A stretch of DNA of 64,000 bases from Candidatus Latescibacterota bacterium (GCA_965205975.1 OZ242195.1:1792001-1856000), one strand, 5' to 3'. Positions 36,780 through 47,852 are shown, numbered from the stretch's first letter. Numbers and translations are program-made. Notes: generated by a model not told the origin, from the sequence alone.

Positions 36780-38555
36780 TCAACTCGCCATCGCCTCCAC
36801 AGCCTCTTCAATAGAACCCGCGGCCTGCTGTTCGTAAAGCTGGCGATACTTTCCATCGGGTATTTGCAACAACTCGCTGTGCGTCCCCTGCTCAATAATC
36901 TCGCCGTGATCCATCATAACAATAATATCCGCATTGACAATCGTCGATAATCGGTGTGCAATGGCAAAGGACGTGCGCTCCTTTAACACCCTGGTCATCG
37001 CCTTTTGTATCAAAGCTTCCGATAGGGAATCGAGTGACGAAGTCGCTTCATCGAGAATTAAAACCGACGGATTGGTCAGCACGGCTCTCGCAATGGCGAG
37101 GCGCTGTTTTTCTCCCACAGACAGTTTAATCCCATCTTTCCCCAGCATCGAATCGTAACCCTCGGGCGTACGCATAATAAATTCGTGAATCTCGGCAATA
37201 CGCGCCGCCTCAATCAACTCGGCATCTGTGGCATCTGCGCGGCCATATAGCAAATTTTCTCGAATCGTCCCATCAAACATCACCGAATCTTGCAACACCT
37301 GTCCAATTTGCGTGCGCAAGGTGCGCAACTTCACATCTCTCAAATCGTGACCATCAATTGTAATACGCCCGTCCTTAACATCGTAAAAGCGCATCAACAA
37401 ACTCGTCAAAGTCGTCTTTCCGCATCCCGTATGCCCCACCAGCGCCACCATCTGCCCCGGCTGCACCTCGAGATTGATCCCCTTCAAAACAGGCTCACCC
37501 TCTTTGTACTCAAAATGTACATCTTCAAATTTAATATGTCCTTTTATCGGCGGCAGTTCAACGGCATCTTCCTTATCCTTAATCTCTATGGGAAAATCTA
37601 AAATTTCCAAAACGCGATCCACAGACACCATCACGGCTTGAAGGCGCATGGCAATTTGCGTGAGATTGAGAACAGGCTGAAACATCCGACTTGAATAAGA
37701 AAAAAAGGCCATCACAGCCCCATAAGTCATTTCACCCTCAATCACGTAATAACAGCCCAAACAAAAAATCACCGTATTGCGAAGTCCCGACACCCCCCAG
37801 GAGCCAGCCATATAGCCAGCGCGATTTGTGGCAGTCTGCATCGCCGCATCCAAACTCTGGTGCGTATCTTCCGCAAATGCGCGGTGTTCTCTGCGCTCTC
37901 GTCCATAAGATTTTACGAGTTGCACCCCGGACAACCGCTCTTGTAGTCCAACCGACACCTGATCCATTTTTCTACGCCAGAGACTGTACGACTCCCTCAT
38001 TGGCGTGCGCCACCCGTAATAATTAAAAAAATACAGGGGCATCAACAAAAGCAGCAGACACGCCATCTTCCAATTCAAGCCCATGCACAGCGCAAGCGCC
38101 ACCCAGAACGACACAAAATCGACAAGAATGCCCAGCATACGCGATGTCACCATACTGCGCACACTCGCAATATCAGACATAATGCGCGACATAATTTTGC
38201 CCGTACCCATCTCGTCGTAAAAGCGCATGGGCAATCTCAACATGTGCTCATACGTAAACTTTCGCATACTCGTCGTTATCCCCCACCCCACATAGGCATT
38301 GGTAAATGAGACCCAAACGCGCATCGCAGCGGACATGATAGGCAGGCAAATCGAAATAAACAGAAGCACTTCCAGCAACTGCCAGTTGCCCAGGGTAATG
38401 ACATCATCAATGATAAACTTCATCACCAGAGGAGGCAACATGCTCAGTGCCGTCATTGTCGCCGTCAGGCACACCAGCAAAATCAGGCGCGATTTAAAAG
38501 GCGTGACAAAATGCGCGAGCTTGCGCAGCTTGTCAGTATTGCTCTCATCTGCCAT
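36780..38555 (-). CDS. Heterodimeric ABC exporter subunit (degenerate signature motif)
   Basis: GHTGCGKTT, LSVGEKQR, LILDEATSSLD; the asymmetry complements the neighbouring subunit. Confidence 0.92.
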   Translation of the reverse strand: MADESNTDKLRKLAHFVTPFKSRLILLVCLTATMTALSMLPPLVMKFIIDDVITLGNWQLLEVLLFISICLPIMSAAMRVWVSFTNAYVGWGITTSMRKFTYEHMLRLPMRFYDEMGTGKIMSRIMSDIASVRSMVTSRMLGILVDFVSFWVALALCMGLNWKMACLLLLLMPLYFFNYYGWRTPMRESYSLWRRKMDQVSVGLQERLSGVQLVKSYGRERREHRAFAEDTHQSLDAAMQTATNRAGYMAGSWGVSGLRNTVIFCLGCYYVIEGEMTYGAVMAFFSYSSRMFQPVLNLTQIAMRLQAVMVSVDRVLEILDFPIEIKDKEDAVELPPIKGHIKFEDVHFEYKEGEPVLKGINLEVQPGQMVALVGHTGCGKTTLTSLLMRFYDVKDGRITIDGHDLRDVKLRTLRTQIGQVLQDSVMFDGTIRENLLYGRADATDAELIEAARIAEIHEFIMRTPEGYDSMLGKDGIKLSVGEKQRLAIARAVLTNPSVLILDEATSSLDSLSEALIQKAMTRVLKERTSFAIAHRLSTIVNADIIVMMDHGEIIEQGTHSELLQIPDGKYRQLYEQQAAGSIEEAVEAMAS

Positions 38556-38730
38556 ATCGATCTCATCTCAAAAATAAGTTGCAGATTTTTGGATCTCGAC
38601 GCTTCTTTATTTAGATAGCTTTGGGTAAACATAAATAATATTTAAGAACAGATATAAAAATATAAAGATACCTTTTAATTTAATCAAGCCCATCTCATCC
38701 GATGACGCATCTTCTACCACTGGTTGAGCT

Positions 38731-40014
38731 ATGAAAAATCTCGCAACAATGACCATCGCGCAAATTCGCGCCCACATCAAATCTATCAATCGCCCTGGCG
38801 AAGCATACCTCCGCGCACTCGAGCAGGACCCTCGTGCTGGTGTTCGCGCAATCGCAGAACAGGTGAGAAAAAAGCAAAAAGCACAGGCACGTGAAAAAGC
38901 GCGCCTCGAACAAATGCTCACCATAGAAAAAAAACTCAGAGAACGGGGCATCCAGCACATTGCAGGCGTAGATGAAGCCGGACGAGGTCCCCTCGCGGGT
39001 CCCGTTGTCGCCGCCGCGGTTATCCTCCCGCCAGATACACTCATCCCCGGCTTGAACGATTCCAAAGCACTATCCGAAAAACGCAGAGCAGAACTTTTTG
39101 AAACCATTCACAATACAGCCCTTGCCATTGGTGTAGGCAAAGCATCTCCACAGGAAATAGACAAATACAACATCCGCAACGCCACCCACCATGCCATGTG
39201 CGAGGCACTCGCCGCCCTCAACATCTCGCCCGACCGCGTGCTCATCGACGGCAATGCCCTCCCGGGTAGTCCATTTCCCGAACAAGCGGTCATAGGCGGT
39301 GACCGGAAGTCGCTTTCTATAGCCGCCGCGTCTGTCATCGCCAAAGTAACGCGCGATCGTCTGATGATCGATTACCACGCGCAATACCCCGCTTACGGCT
39401 TTGCCGGTCACAAGGGATATGGTAGCGCCGATCACCTCGCCGCCTTGCAAAAACACGGGCCCTGTCCCATCCACCGCCAATCTTTCCGGGGTGTCTTTGA
39501 AGCCAGGAGTTCTGAAGACTTTAAAATTTTTGCCGAAGGCATTCGCGCAGCGATGAACCTCGACCAACTTCAAGCCATAGGAAAAACCATTGCCAGTGCC
39601 AGCAAACATATCCCACAGGATGAGGTACAGGCCCTGCGCATACTATTTCGCAAACAACGCACCCGCCTGCAACAATCCGGTCCCAAAGGCGAACAATTGG
39701 CAGAAAAATTTATAGAACAAAAGGGATACGAAATCCGCGCGCGCGGATTTCGCGCCCTGGGCGGTGAAATCGACCTCATTGCGATGAAAAACGACGTGCT
39801 GATCTTTGTCGAAGTCAAAACCGCGACCACGCCACATTTTGGACAACCAGAGACCCGGGTAACACCAGCCAAACAGGCGCAAATCATCAAAATCGCAAAA
39901 GCCTACCTGAGACAACACCCCGATCACGCAGCACCGCGATTTGACGTCATTGCCGTTGACCTGACACAACCGCGCCCTACCATCCGCCACTACGAAAACG
40001 CTTTTACAGCTTAG
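38731..40014 (+). CDS. rnhB: Ribonuclease HII fused to a YraN/UPF0102 domain
   Basis: GVDEAGRGPLAGPV, DSK, IAAASVIAKVTRD, HKGYG; C-terminal GEQLA...GEIDLI...FVEVK...RFDVI. Confidence 0.93.
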   Translation: MKNLATMTIAQIRAHIKSINRPGEAYLRALEQDPRAGVRAIAEQVRKKQKAQAREKARLEQMLTIEKKLRERGIQHIAGVDEAGRGPLAGPVVAAAVILPPDTLIPGLNDSKALSEKRRAELFETIHNTALAIGVGKASPQEIDKYNIRNATHHAMCEALAALNISPDRVLIDGNALPGSPFPEQAVIGGDRKSLSIAAASVIAKVTRDRLMIDYHAQYPAYGFAGHKGYGSADHLAALQKHGPCPIHRQSFRGVFEARSSEDFKIFAEGIRAAMNLDQLQAIGKTIASASKHIPQDEVQALRILFRKQRTRLQQSGPKGEQLAEKFIEQKGYEIRARGFRALGGEIDLIAMKNDVLIFVEVKTATTPHFGQPETRVTPAKQAQIIKIAKAYLRQHPDHAAPRFDVIAVDLTQPRPTIRHYENAFTA

Positions 40015-40115
40015 ACCAGTACCCAAATTTCTCCTCTTAAACCTTGACAATACCACCTCTTACCTTTATTTTCGTTTTTTCTTATAAAAAAATAATCTGC
40101 AACGGATATACACCC

Positions 40116-41408
40116 ATGCCCCAGTTAATTCCCAAGGTAAAAGGCACCCGAGATTTTTATCCCGAAGATTGGGCCTACCAGAAGTGGCTCTGCGAGAAAT
40201 TTATCGGCGTTGGCAATCTCTTTGGATATAGAGAATACGAAAGCACAATACTCGAATATATGGCCCTTTACCTGGGCAAAAGCAGCGAAGAAATCGTCAC
40301 ACAGCAGACATTCACGCTATCTGATCGAGACGATAAACAACTCGTCATGCGCCCAGAACTCACCCCCACACTCGCGCGCATGGTCGCCCAAAAAGAAGGC
40401 GAACTCACCTTCCCCATTCGCTGGCAATCATACGGCCGGTTCTTTCGCTATGAGCGTCCTCAACGCGGGCGCGGGCGTTCCTTTTTTCAATGGAATATCG
40501 ACGCCCTCGGCAGCGATAGCTATCTGGCTGATGCCGAAATAATCACCATAGCTTGCACGCTATTCAAACACCTCGGTCTCAGTAACGAACACGCCACTAT
40601 TAGAATCAATGACCGACAGGCCCTTGAAATTTTAATTGCCAAAAAACTGACCTTATCGCCCGAGGATATCAAACCCGTTTTTGGGGCCATTGACCGCATA
40701 GACAAAATTCCCGAGGAAAAATTCCGCACCTATCTGGCCAATGACCTGAATCTCAGTGCAGGTCAAATTGACGCCCTCTACGAAATCCTCCACACGACAG
40801 ACCTGACATTTTCTCCCTGGCTTCAGCACATTTTTGAGCAACTCGACCAAAATGGTGTTATAGACCTCGTAGAACTCGACCTCAAAATCGTACGAGGTTT
40901 TGACTATTATACGCGTACGGTATTTGAAGCCTGGGCCAAAACCTCGCTGCGCCGCGCCCTCTTTGGAGGTGGTCGTTACGACAATCTCACACGTCAAGTA
41001 GGCGGGAAGCGCCAGGTACCTGGCGTGGGATTTGCAGTTGGCGATATGGCCATCACCGAATTACTCAAAGAAATAGACGCTTATCCCCAACTCGAAATGC
41101 CCGGTGCCCGCGTATTCGTTACAGTATTCTCCGAAGACCTTCTCGCCCAATCGTCTTCTTTTGCCGAAAAACTGCGCCAAGAGGGTATCGCAACAGAACT
41201 GCATCTCATTCCTGGACAGCGTCTCGACAGACAATTCAAATATGCAGATCGCCAAAATATTCCCTTTGCAGCGGTTATTGGACCAGACGAGGCATCTGCA
41301 AATACCATCGTAATCAAAGACCTCAAAGCGCGCGCGCAACAAATTTTTTCACAAAACGACCTGTGCGCGATAAAAACAACGCTTAAAAACGGAATTACCC
41401 AAGCGTAG
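40116..41408 (+). CDS. hisS: Histidine--tRNA ligase
   Basis: KGTRDF, RPELT, FRYERPQRGR, RGFDYYT, GGGRYD. Confidence 0.96.
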   Translation: MPQLIPKVKGTRDFYPEDWAYQKWLCEKFIGVGNLFGYREYESTILEYMALYLGKSSEEIVTQQTFTLSDRDDKQLVMRPELTPTLARMVAQKEGELTFPIRWQSYGRFFRYERPQRGRGRSFFQWNIDALGSDSYLADAEIITIACTLFKHLGLSNEHATIRINDRQALEILIAKKLTLSPEDIKPVFGAIDRIDKIPEEKFRTYLANDLNLSAGQIDALYEILHTTDLTFSPWLQHIFEQLDQNGVIDLVELDLKIVRGFDYYTRTVFEAWAKTSLRRALFGGGRYDNLTRQVGGKRQVPGVGFAVGDMAITELLKEIDAYPQLEMPGARVFVTVFSEDLLAQSSSFAEKLRQEGIATELHLIPGQRLDRQFKYADRQNIPFAAVIGPDEASANTIVIKDLKARAQQIFSQNDLCAIKTTLKNGITQA

Positions 41409-41417
41409 GAGACAGCC

Positions 41418-43193
41418 ATGTCAGAGTCGCTCGGCGACTGGAAACGCACGCACAACTGCGGCGAATTGCGCATCGAAAATGTAGGCGAAGAAGTCTGCCT
41501 GATGGGTTGGGTTGGCAAAAGACGCGACCACGGAGGCGTCATATTTGTCGATTTGCGCGACCGCTACGGCATCACCCAGGTGGTCTTTCGTCCCGATCTC
41601 GAAGAAGAGACACACGCCATTGCCGAAAAAATTCGCAACGAATTTGTCCTCGCTATAAAAGGCAGAGTTGAACCGCGCCCAGAAGGCATGACAAATCCCA
41701 AACTGCCCACCGGTGCCATCGACATCGAATGTTCAGATCTGCGTCTTCTCAACGAAGCGGACACCCCGCCATTTGCCATAGAACCCGACATTGACGTCAA
41801 CGAAGAACTCCGCCTGCGCTATCGCTACCTCGACCTGCGCCGCCCCGACATGCAACAAGCTCTGTTCCTCAGACATAATGCCGCACAGGAGACGCGCAAA
41901 TATTTAATCACTCAGGGCTTTCTCGAAATCGAAACACCCTTTCTCATGAAAAGCACACCCGAAGGTGCGAGAGATTACCTCGTCCCCTCTCGCGTTCAAA
42001 TAGGCAACTTCTATGCCCTGCCCCAATCGCCTCAAACCTACAAGCAGTTGCTCATGATCGCCGGCTATGATCGCTACTTTCAAATCGTGCGCTGCTTCCG
42101 CGATGAAGACTTGCGGGGCGACCGCCAGCCCGAGTTTACCCAAATTGACATTGAAATGGCATTTGTCACAGAAACCGATGTCATGCAACTCGCAGAAGGG
42201 CTTACGCGGCACCTGTTTGAGCATATCATAGGCTTTGATATCCCCTCTCCCATACCGCAAATGACCTATCGCGAGGCGATTGATCGCTTTGGCACTGATC
42301 GCCCGGATACGCGCTTCGGTCTCGAAATTGTCGATATTGCAAAAGCTGCCCTCGCTTCGGAATTCCGGGTCTTTAGATCTGTAATTGATTCCGGTGGGCA
42401 AGTTCGCGCCATTAATGCCAAGGGATGTGCAAACTACTCGCGCAAACAAATCGACGATCTCACGGCTTTTGTTGCAAAACACGGTGCTAAGGGACTCGCC
42501 TGGATCAAAGTGACAGACCAGGGGCTTGAATCATCAATTGTCAAGTTCTTCCCCGATCAAGCCCAACAAATGCTAAGGGAATCACTCGACGCCCAGACAG
42601 GAGACCTGCTTTTATTTGTCGCTGACCAACCCGCAGTCGTCGCAAACGCACTGGGCAATCTGCGCTTAGAACTCGCGAGACAACAAGACCTTATGGAGAC
42701 TGGTGACTTTCGTTTTTTATGGGTAACGCAGTTCCCTCTCCTCGAATTTGATGACGTTGAAAAACGTTACGTTGCCTGTCACCACCCCTTCACGTCTCCC
42801 CTGGAAGCAGACCTCAACGAGCTTGAAACAGCCCCGGGTGATGTTCGCGCCAGAGCTTATGATCTCGTTCTCAATGGCAACGAAATCGCTGGTGGAAGTA
42901 TCCGTATCCACCACAGAGAAACCCAGGAGCGCGTGTTTCGCATGTTGGGGATATCCGAAAGTGAATCACGAGAAAAATTTGGCTTCTTACTCGACGCCTT
43001 TCGATACGGCGCGCCTCCCCATGGCGGTATCGCGTTTGGATACGATCGCCTGGTCGCCCTCATGGCCGGCAAAGCGTTTATCCGCGATGTCATTCCATTT
43101 CCAAAAACCAATACAGCAGCATCGCTCATGGATGGTGCACCATCTATAGTAGATCCCGCCCAACTCCGCGAACTCGGTTTGCGATTATTGTAA
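41418..43193 (+). CDS. aspS: Aspartate--tRNA ligase
   Basis: RTHNCGEL, RRDHGG, STPEGARDY, LPQSPQ, RDEDLR, GAPPHGG. Confidence 0.97.
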   Translation: MSESLGDWKRTHNCGELRIENVGEEVCLMGWVGKRRDHGGVIFVDLRDRYGITQVVFRPDLEEETHAIAEKIRNEFVLAIKGRVEPRPEGMTNPKLPTGAIDIECSDLRLLNEADTPPFAIEPDIDVNEELRLRYRYLDLRRPDMQQALFLRHNAAQETRKYLITQGFLEIETPFLMKSTPEGARDYLVPSRVQIGNFYALPQSPQTYKQLLMIAGYDRYFQIVRCFRDEDLRGDRQPEFTQIDIEMAFVTETDVMQLAEGLTRHLFEHIIGFDIPSPIPQMTYREAIDRFGTDRPDTRFGLEIVDIAKAALASEFRVFRSVIDSGGQVRAINAKGCANYSRKQIDDLTAFVAKHGAKGLAWIKVTDQGLESSIVKFFPDQAQQMLRESLDAQTGDLLLFVADQPAVVANALGNLRLELARQQDLMETGDFRFLWVTQFPLLEFDDVEKRYVACHHPFTSPLEADLNELETAPGDVRARAYDLVLNGNEIAGGSIRIHHRETQERVFRMLGISESESREKFGFLLDAFRYGAPPHGGIAFGYDRLVALMAGKAFIRDVIPFPKTNTAASLMDGAPSIVDPAQLRELGLRLL

Positions 43194-43349
43194 TCACAGA
43201 GGGTCATAACACATTCAAAACTTTTTCTTGACTTTCTGTATTTTATGTAGTACTTTGTCTGAAAGTTGTATTATTGGATTTTTTGTTTTTACTTTACGTC
43301 TTGATAATTTAAATACTTACGCCAATATCCATGAGGAGGCAATTGGGTT

Positions 43350-43595
43350 ATGAAAAGACTCAAAAAAGCGGCAGGTTGCGGTCTATTACTCGTTCTGTTA
43401 TCTGGATGTTGCACGCCAATGGCCTCAAGATCGCAACTCCAAATGCTTGAAGAAGCGCGTAAAGCCGCAGAATCGGCTGAAGCCGACCTCGCAGCCTGCA
43501 AGCAGCACCGAGCCGAGTTGGAACGCCAATTGGCACAGAAAAAACAGGTTCTGGCCGAGTGGCAAAATATCTTAAGTCAGTGCAACAGGTCTTGA
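43350..43595 (+). CDS. Small coiled-coil lipoprotein
   Basis: GAGGAGG RBS, LLSGC lipobox, helical body; TTGACT-17-TACTTT promoter at 43228-43256. Confidence 0.7.
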   Translation: MKRLKKAAGCGLLLVLLSGCCTPMASRSQLQMLEEARKAAESAEADLAACKQHRAELERQLAQKKQVLAEWQNILSQCNRS

Positions 43596-43633
43596 GCCAG
43601 TAATTTTTTGGTGTGTGGAAAGGAGTTGGTCGG

Positions 43634-44476
43634 ATGACAGGTTTGAAGCTTTTCGGGTTCTTTCTCGTTTGTTGCGCAATCACTCTTTTGGTTTTCCCTC
43701 AAAAGGGAATTGCCCAAATGGAAATGACCTATGATGAATACAGGATGAAACTTACAGAACAGGAGCAACGGCTTGCAGAACTTAAACAGACTCTGCTCGA
43801 ATGCCAAACTGCGTCTAATGACCTTTCTAACCAGATTTCGAGTCTGGATACCCAGATTAGTGAAATCAAACAGCAAGTCTATAGTCTTGTTGAGTCCAAT
43901 GAAGCAGGGGTCGATGAATATATACAAGAACTCGGCCGCATTGAAGGCCGCCTCATGGGCTTGCGCAGCCTGGCAGAAGATGCTCTTTTTGAAGTTCGAG
44001 ATGAAATTGATCAAATAGAAGCCCGCGTATCAGAGCTTAAAGCAGACAAAAGAGCCTGTTTTCCAGCTGCACAGGAAAAACTGGCGAGTATCGATCAATT
44101 ACTTGAACAAGTCAAAGCGCGGATGCCTCGCAAGCGCATTCGACAATATTCGGTTGTCAGAGGTGACAATCTCTGGAAAATCGCCAAAAAAGACGATATT
44201 TACGGCGATCCTTATCTCTGGCCCCGTATTTACGTTGAAAACCGGGATAAAATTAAACATCCCGATATAATTTATCCCAAGTGGGTTCTCAATGTTCCTT
44301 TTGGCGTCGATATCAATCAACATCTCGTAATGAGCGGCGAAAACCTCTCGTCCATTGCTGGCAAGGTGTACAATGATGTCACCAAATGGAATCGGATCTA
44401 CCAGGCTAACAAAACACAGATTTTTGATCCGAGCATGATTTTCCCTGCTCAAGTATTCGATATTCCGGCAAACTGA
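43634..44476 (+). CDS. Secreted coiled-coil protein with two LysM domains
   Basis: Signal peptide; YSVVRGDNLWKIA...IYP and HLVMSGENLSSIA...IFP. Confidence 0.88.
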   Translation: MTGLKLFGFFLVCCAITLLVFPQKGIAQMEMTYDEYRMKLTEQEQRLAELKQTLLECQTASNDLSNQISSLDTQISEIKQQVYSLVESNEAGVDEYIQELGRIEGRLMGLRSLAEDALFEVRDEIDQIEARVSELKADKRACFPAAQEKLASIDQLLEQVKARMPRKRIRQYSVVRGDNLWKIAKKDDIYGDPYLWPRIYVENRDKIKHPDIIYPKWVLNVPFGVDINQHLVMSGENLSSIAGKVYNDVTKWNRIYQANKTQIFDPSMIFPAQVFDIPAN

Positions 44477-44551
44477 CCTCAACCTTTTCGATCCCAGAAT
44501 TTGGATCTTTCATAAATCCAATGGAAGGTTCATCTATAAACCTTTAACTCT

Positions 44552-44602
44552 AAAATAAAACTCTCATTCCCGTAGTCTGTTTGGGAATGAGAGTTTTATT
44601 TT
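44552..44602. terminator. 20-bp perfect inverted repeat (terminator or REP-like)
   Basis: AAAATAAAACTCTCATTCCC / GGGAATGAGAGTTTTATTTT. Confidence 0.7.
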
Positions 44603-44616
44603 TAAATACTCAAATC

Positions 44617-45600
44617 GTGGAAAATAGAGAACTCTCCCATAGACTATCGTTGCGCGGTGTTGACCTCCTATCGTTATACGGTCACAACGATGCAAATTTG
44701 CTCGCCCTTGAAGACCGCTATGGCGTGCGTTTAACCGCCCGCGGTGATCAGCTAAATGTCCAGGGGCCACAACACAAAGTTCAACACGTCTCTGGTCTAT
44801 TAGAAGAAATGATTTCGTGCCTTCGGCGTGGCGATCAGTTTGACCCTCTGCACCTGCTTGCGCCACCGCCGGAAAATTGTGAATCTGAAATTGGCGAATA
44901 CGCAAAGCCCATTCTTTCAACACCCAAAATTCTCATTCGCCCCCGCTCCCGGACTCAGGTTACTTACTCGGCAGCTATCGAAAACCACGACATTGTTTTT
45001 GGCATTGGGCCTGCGGGCACGGGAAAAACTTATCTGGCAGTCGCAGCGGCTGTTGCTGCACTAAAAAGCAAACACATCTCCAGAATTATTCTGACACGGC
45101 CGGCCGTAGAAGCTGGCGAAACCCTGGGATTTCTTCCGGGAGATATACAGGATAAAGTTGATCCCTATTTGCGCCCGCTCTACGATGCACTGCGCGACAT
45201 GTTACCCGATACACAATTGCAACACCTTATGGAAATGCGCACACTTGAAATTGCACCGCTTGCATTTATGAGAGGACGCACCCTGAACAACGCTTTTGTC
45301 ATTCTCGACGAAGCTCAGAATACCACCGTCAACCAGATGAAGATGTTTCTTACCCGCCTGGGCAACAATGCCAAGGCTGTGATTACGGGTGATATAACAC
45401 AAATAGACCTGCCACCGGGTATTCAGTCTGGACTTATACACGTCCAACACATCCTGTCTCATATAGAAGCCATCAAATTTGTCAGTTTTTCAGAAAAAGA
45501 TGTCGTACGACACGCATTGGTCCAGCAAATCATAACAGCCTATGAGCAAAGTGAACATTCCCCTGAACCAGACGTAGAAGAGGCACTGCCAAAACCATGA
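44617..45600 (+). CDS. phoH: PhoH-like ATPase (YbeZ type); start uncertain
   Basis: GPAGTGKT, RPAVEAGE, LGFLPGD, MRGRTL, DEAQN, VVRH. Confidence 0.93.
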   Translation: MENRELSHRLSLRGVDLLSLYGHNDANLLALEDRYGVRLTARGDQLNVQGPQHKVQHVSGLLEEMISCLRRGDQFDPLHLLAPPPENCESEIGEYAKPILSTPKILIRPRSRTQVTYSAAIENHDIVFGIGPAGTGKTYLAVAAAVAALKSKHISRIILTRPAVEAGETLGFLPGDIQDKVDPYLRPLYDALRDMLPDTQLQHLMEMRTLEIAPLAFMRGRTLNNAFVILDEAQNTTVNQMKMFLTRLGNNAKAVITGDITQIDLPPGIQSGLIHVQHILSHIEAIKFVSFSEKDVVRHALVQQIITAYEQSEHSPEPDVEEALPKP

Positions 45601-47852
45601 TGTTCTTTAGAAAACGTCAGCGCGAACGCACGCGTCGGACAAAACAACAGTGGAAACAGCGGGGAAAGCAAGCCTTTCGCATGGCATTGATGCTCGCCCT
45701 CTTAGGCGTACTAACCGTCTTATTTCCCACGCAACAGCAGTACGAGTACAGTGCATTTCGCGAAGGCGCGATTGCGCCAGATGAAGTCATCGCCTCTGAA
45801 TCATTCTCCGTGTACAAAAGCGAAGAAGCATACCAGAATGAAGTCGCAGAAGCTCGCCGCCAGATTTTGCCGGTTTTGCGCTATGATAGCACGGTTCAGC
45901 AAAGCAAACTGAACGCATATAAAACATTTCTAAACGACATAAAAAAGCACATAGGCTCCGGGGTAAGCGAATCGCTCTCACACGAGTTGCGGCTTTCACA
46001 CCCGGAGATTAGCCCCCTGTCGGAATCCACCCTGAAACATCTCGTACCCGTATCTCGAAGGCGATCAGCCAGCCGCAGTACATTGACCACCGCAGTTGAG
46101 AAAATTCTTCAAAGCACCTACCAGAACGGGATTATCGACCAGGAAATAAATACCGTCGAAGAGGGGTACGCAGAGGTTATACTACTCAACAATGGCTCAG
46201 AACGCCAAATTAGCCTTGAAGAACTGGCCGATATAGAAAATTTCACCTCGGAGCTCCAACAAACCATAGAACAACAAGTGCCAAAAGCGAGCGCTATGGA
46301 AATGAGAGCGGGTAGTGAACTGGTCCTGGCCTATCTATCCCCCAACATTGCCTATGACGCTACCGAAACGCAGAGGCGCAGAGATGAAGCAGCCAGCAAT
46401 GTCCAACGCGCCAAGCCTGGGACAGTCCTCAAAGGCGAGCGCATTATTGACAAACACGACCGCGTAACATCTGACGACATAGATAAACTCAGGTCGCTGG
46501 CAGAACATATCAACCAACGCCGCCAGCAAGACCCATTCATTGACCTCATTCAACGAGGTGCTGGACTATCACTTTGCGCGTTGACGCTAATCATATTTTT
46601 TGCATTTCTAAAATTTTATCGTCCTGACCTTTATCGTCCATCCAAAAACATCGTACTGTTTGGCATCATTATTTTAATCCCTACTGCCGTGGCTGATTAC
46701 GCCGCCCAAAGTCAGGCCATATCGCCGTTTCTCATCCCCGTCGCACTATCTGCAATGCTGGCAACCGTGCTCTTTGATGCCGTCATCGGCATGGTGATCA
46801 CCCTTGTCGTTACAACGCTTTGTGCCAGCATACTCGGCGAACTTCAATACGGAATCATCTTTCTCACCACAGGCATTATTGGCGCATTTTCGGTACATCA
46901 GGTGCGCCATCGCAGAGATTTTTACCGTCCGGGGCTGTATCTGATTGCCGCTTATGCCTTGACAATTACCTCTACAGTTGGACTCCTTTTTTCTTATGCC
47001 AACACCACCGAGTTTCTCACGGAAATACGCGAAGATTTATTCTGGGGCATCTTGTCTGCCTGTGGTTCCTTAATCCTCACCATTGGATTACTGCCTGTAT
47101 TCGAAAGTGTTTTCAATGTCGTAACATCAATGACATTGCTCGAATTGGCAGACTTAAATCGCCCGCTGTTACGCAATTTGGCCATTCGTGCTCCTGGCAC
47201 CTTTAGTCACAGCATAAATATGGCCAATATCTCGGAAGAAGCCGCGGTCGCAATAGGTGCAGACCCCTTGCTCGCGCGCGTTGGGTGCTATTACCACGAT
47301 ATTGGGAAGATGAGACGCCCACACTATTTTATAGAAAATCAGCATGGCGTGAATCCTCACGATGAGTTGCAACCTCAAATAAGTGCCCTGATTCTCATCT
47401 CTCATGTCAGGGACGGGATCGAATTGGCGAAAGAAGAAGGCCTTCCTCTTGCAATCATTGATCTCATCCCACAGCACCATGGGACTTCAGAAATGACTTC
47501 ATTTAAGCATCAGGCACAACTCATAGACGAACAGGCGGTCCGCGATGCCGACTTCCACTATCCTGGTCCCAAACCCCAGACCAAAGAAGCGGGCATTATT
47601 AACCTCGCAGACGCTGTTGAATCTGCGACGCGGTCTCTGCCCAACAATGATCCAGACGAAATTAGAGAACTCGTCCATACAATTGTCAAAGGCCGTTATG
47701 ATGCTGGGGAATTGGATGAATGCGATCTTACATTGCGCGACCTGACCCGAATTCAGGAAGCCTTTTTACCTGTCTTGCAGGCTTCGCACCATCACCGAGT
47801 CCCCTATCCCTGGCAAGTACAACAACAAGAACGCCAAAGCGCGAGCGCATGA
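45597..47852 (+). CDS. 7TM-HD (HDIG) phosphodiesterase, PgpH-like
   Basis: Extracellular domain, 7TM block, APGTFSHS, YYHDIGK, QHHGT, YPGPKP. Confidence 0.9.
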   Translation: MMFFRKRQRERTRRTKQQWKQRGKQAFRMALMLALLGVLTVLFPTQQQYEYSAFREGAIAPDEVIASESFSVYKSEEAYQNEVAEARRQILPVLRYDSTVQQSKLNAYKTFLNDIKKHIGSGVSESLSHELRLSHPEISPLSESTLKHLVPVSRRRSASRSTLTTAVEKILQSTYQNGIIDQEINTVEEGYAEVILLNNGSERQISLEELADIENFTSELQQTIEQQVPKASAMEMRAGSELVLAYLSPNIAYDATETQRRRDEAASNVQRAKPGTVLKGERIIDKHDRVTSDDIDKLRSLAEHINQRRQQDPFIDLIQRGAGLSLCALTLIIFFAFLKFYRPDLYRPSKNIVLFGIIILIPTAVADYAAQSQAISPFLIPVALSAMLATVLFDAVIGMVITLVVTTLCASILGELQYGIIFLTTGIIGAFSVHQVRHRRDFYRPGLYLIAAYALTITSTVGLLFSYANTTEFLTEIREDLFWGILSACGSLILTIGLLPVFESVFNVVTSMTLLELADLNRPLLRNLAIRAPGTFSHSINMANISEEAAVAIGADPLLARVGCYYHDIGKMRRPHYFIENQHGVNPHDELQPQISALILISHVRDGIELAKEEGLPLAIIDLIPQHHGTSEMTSFKHQAQLIDEQAVRDADFHYPGPKPQTKEAGIINLADAVESATRSLPNNDPDEIRELVHTIVKGRYDAGELDECDLTLRDLTRIQEAFLPVLQASHHHRVPYPWQVQQQERQSASA

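Noticed and set aside
34796..38555. Heterodimeric ABC exporter as part of the peptide export locus
   Set aside because: Separated by about 570 bp containing a repeat element, a hairpin and independent promoters; looks like an ordinary core exporter pair
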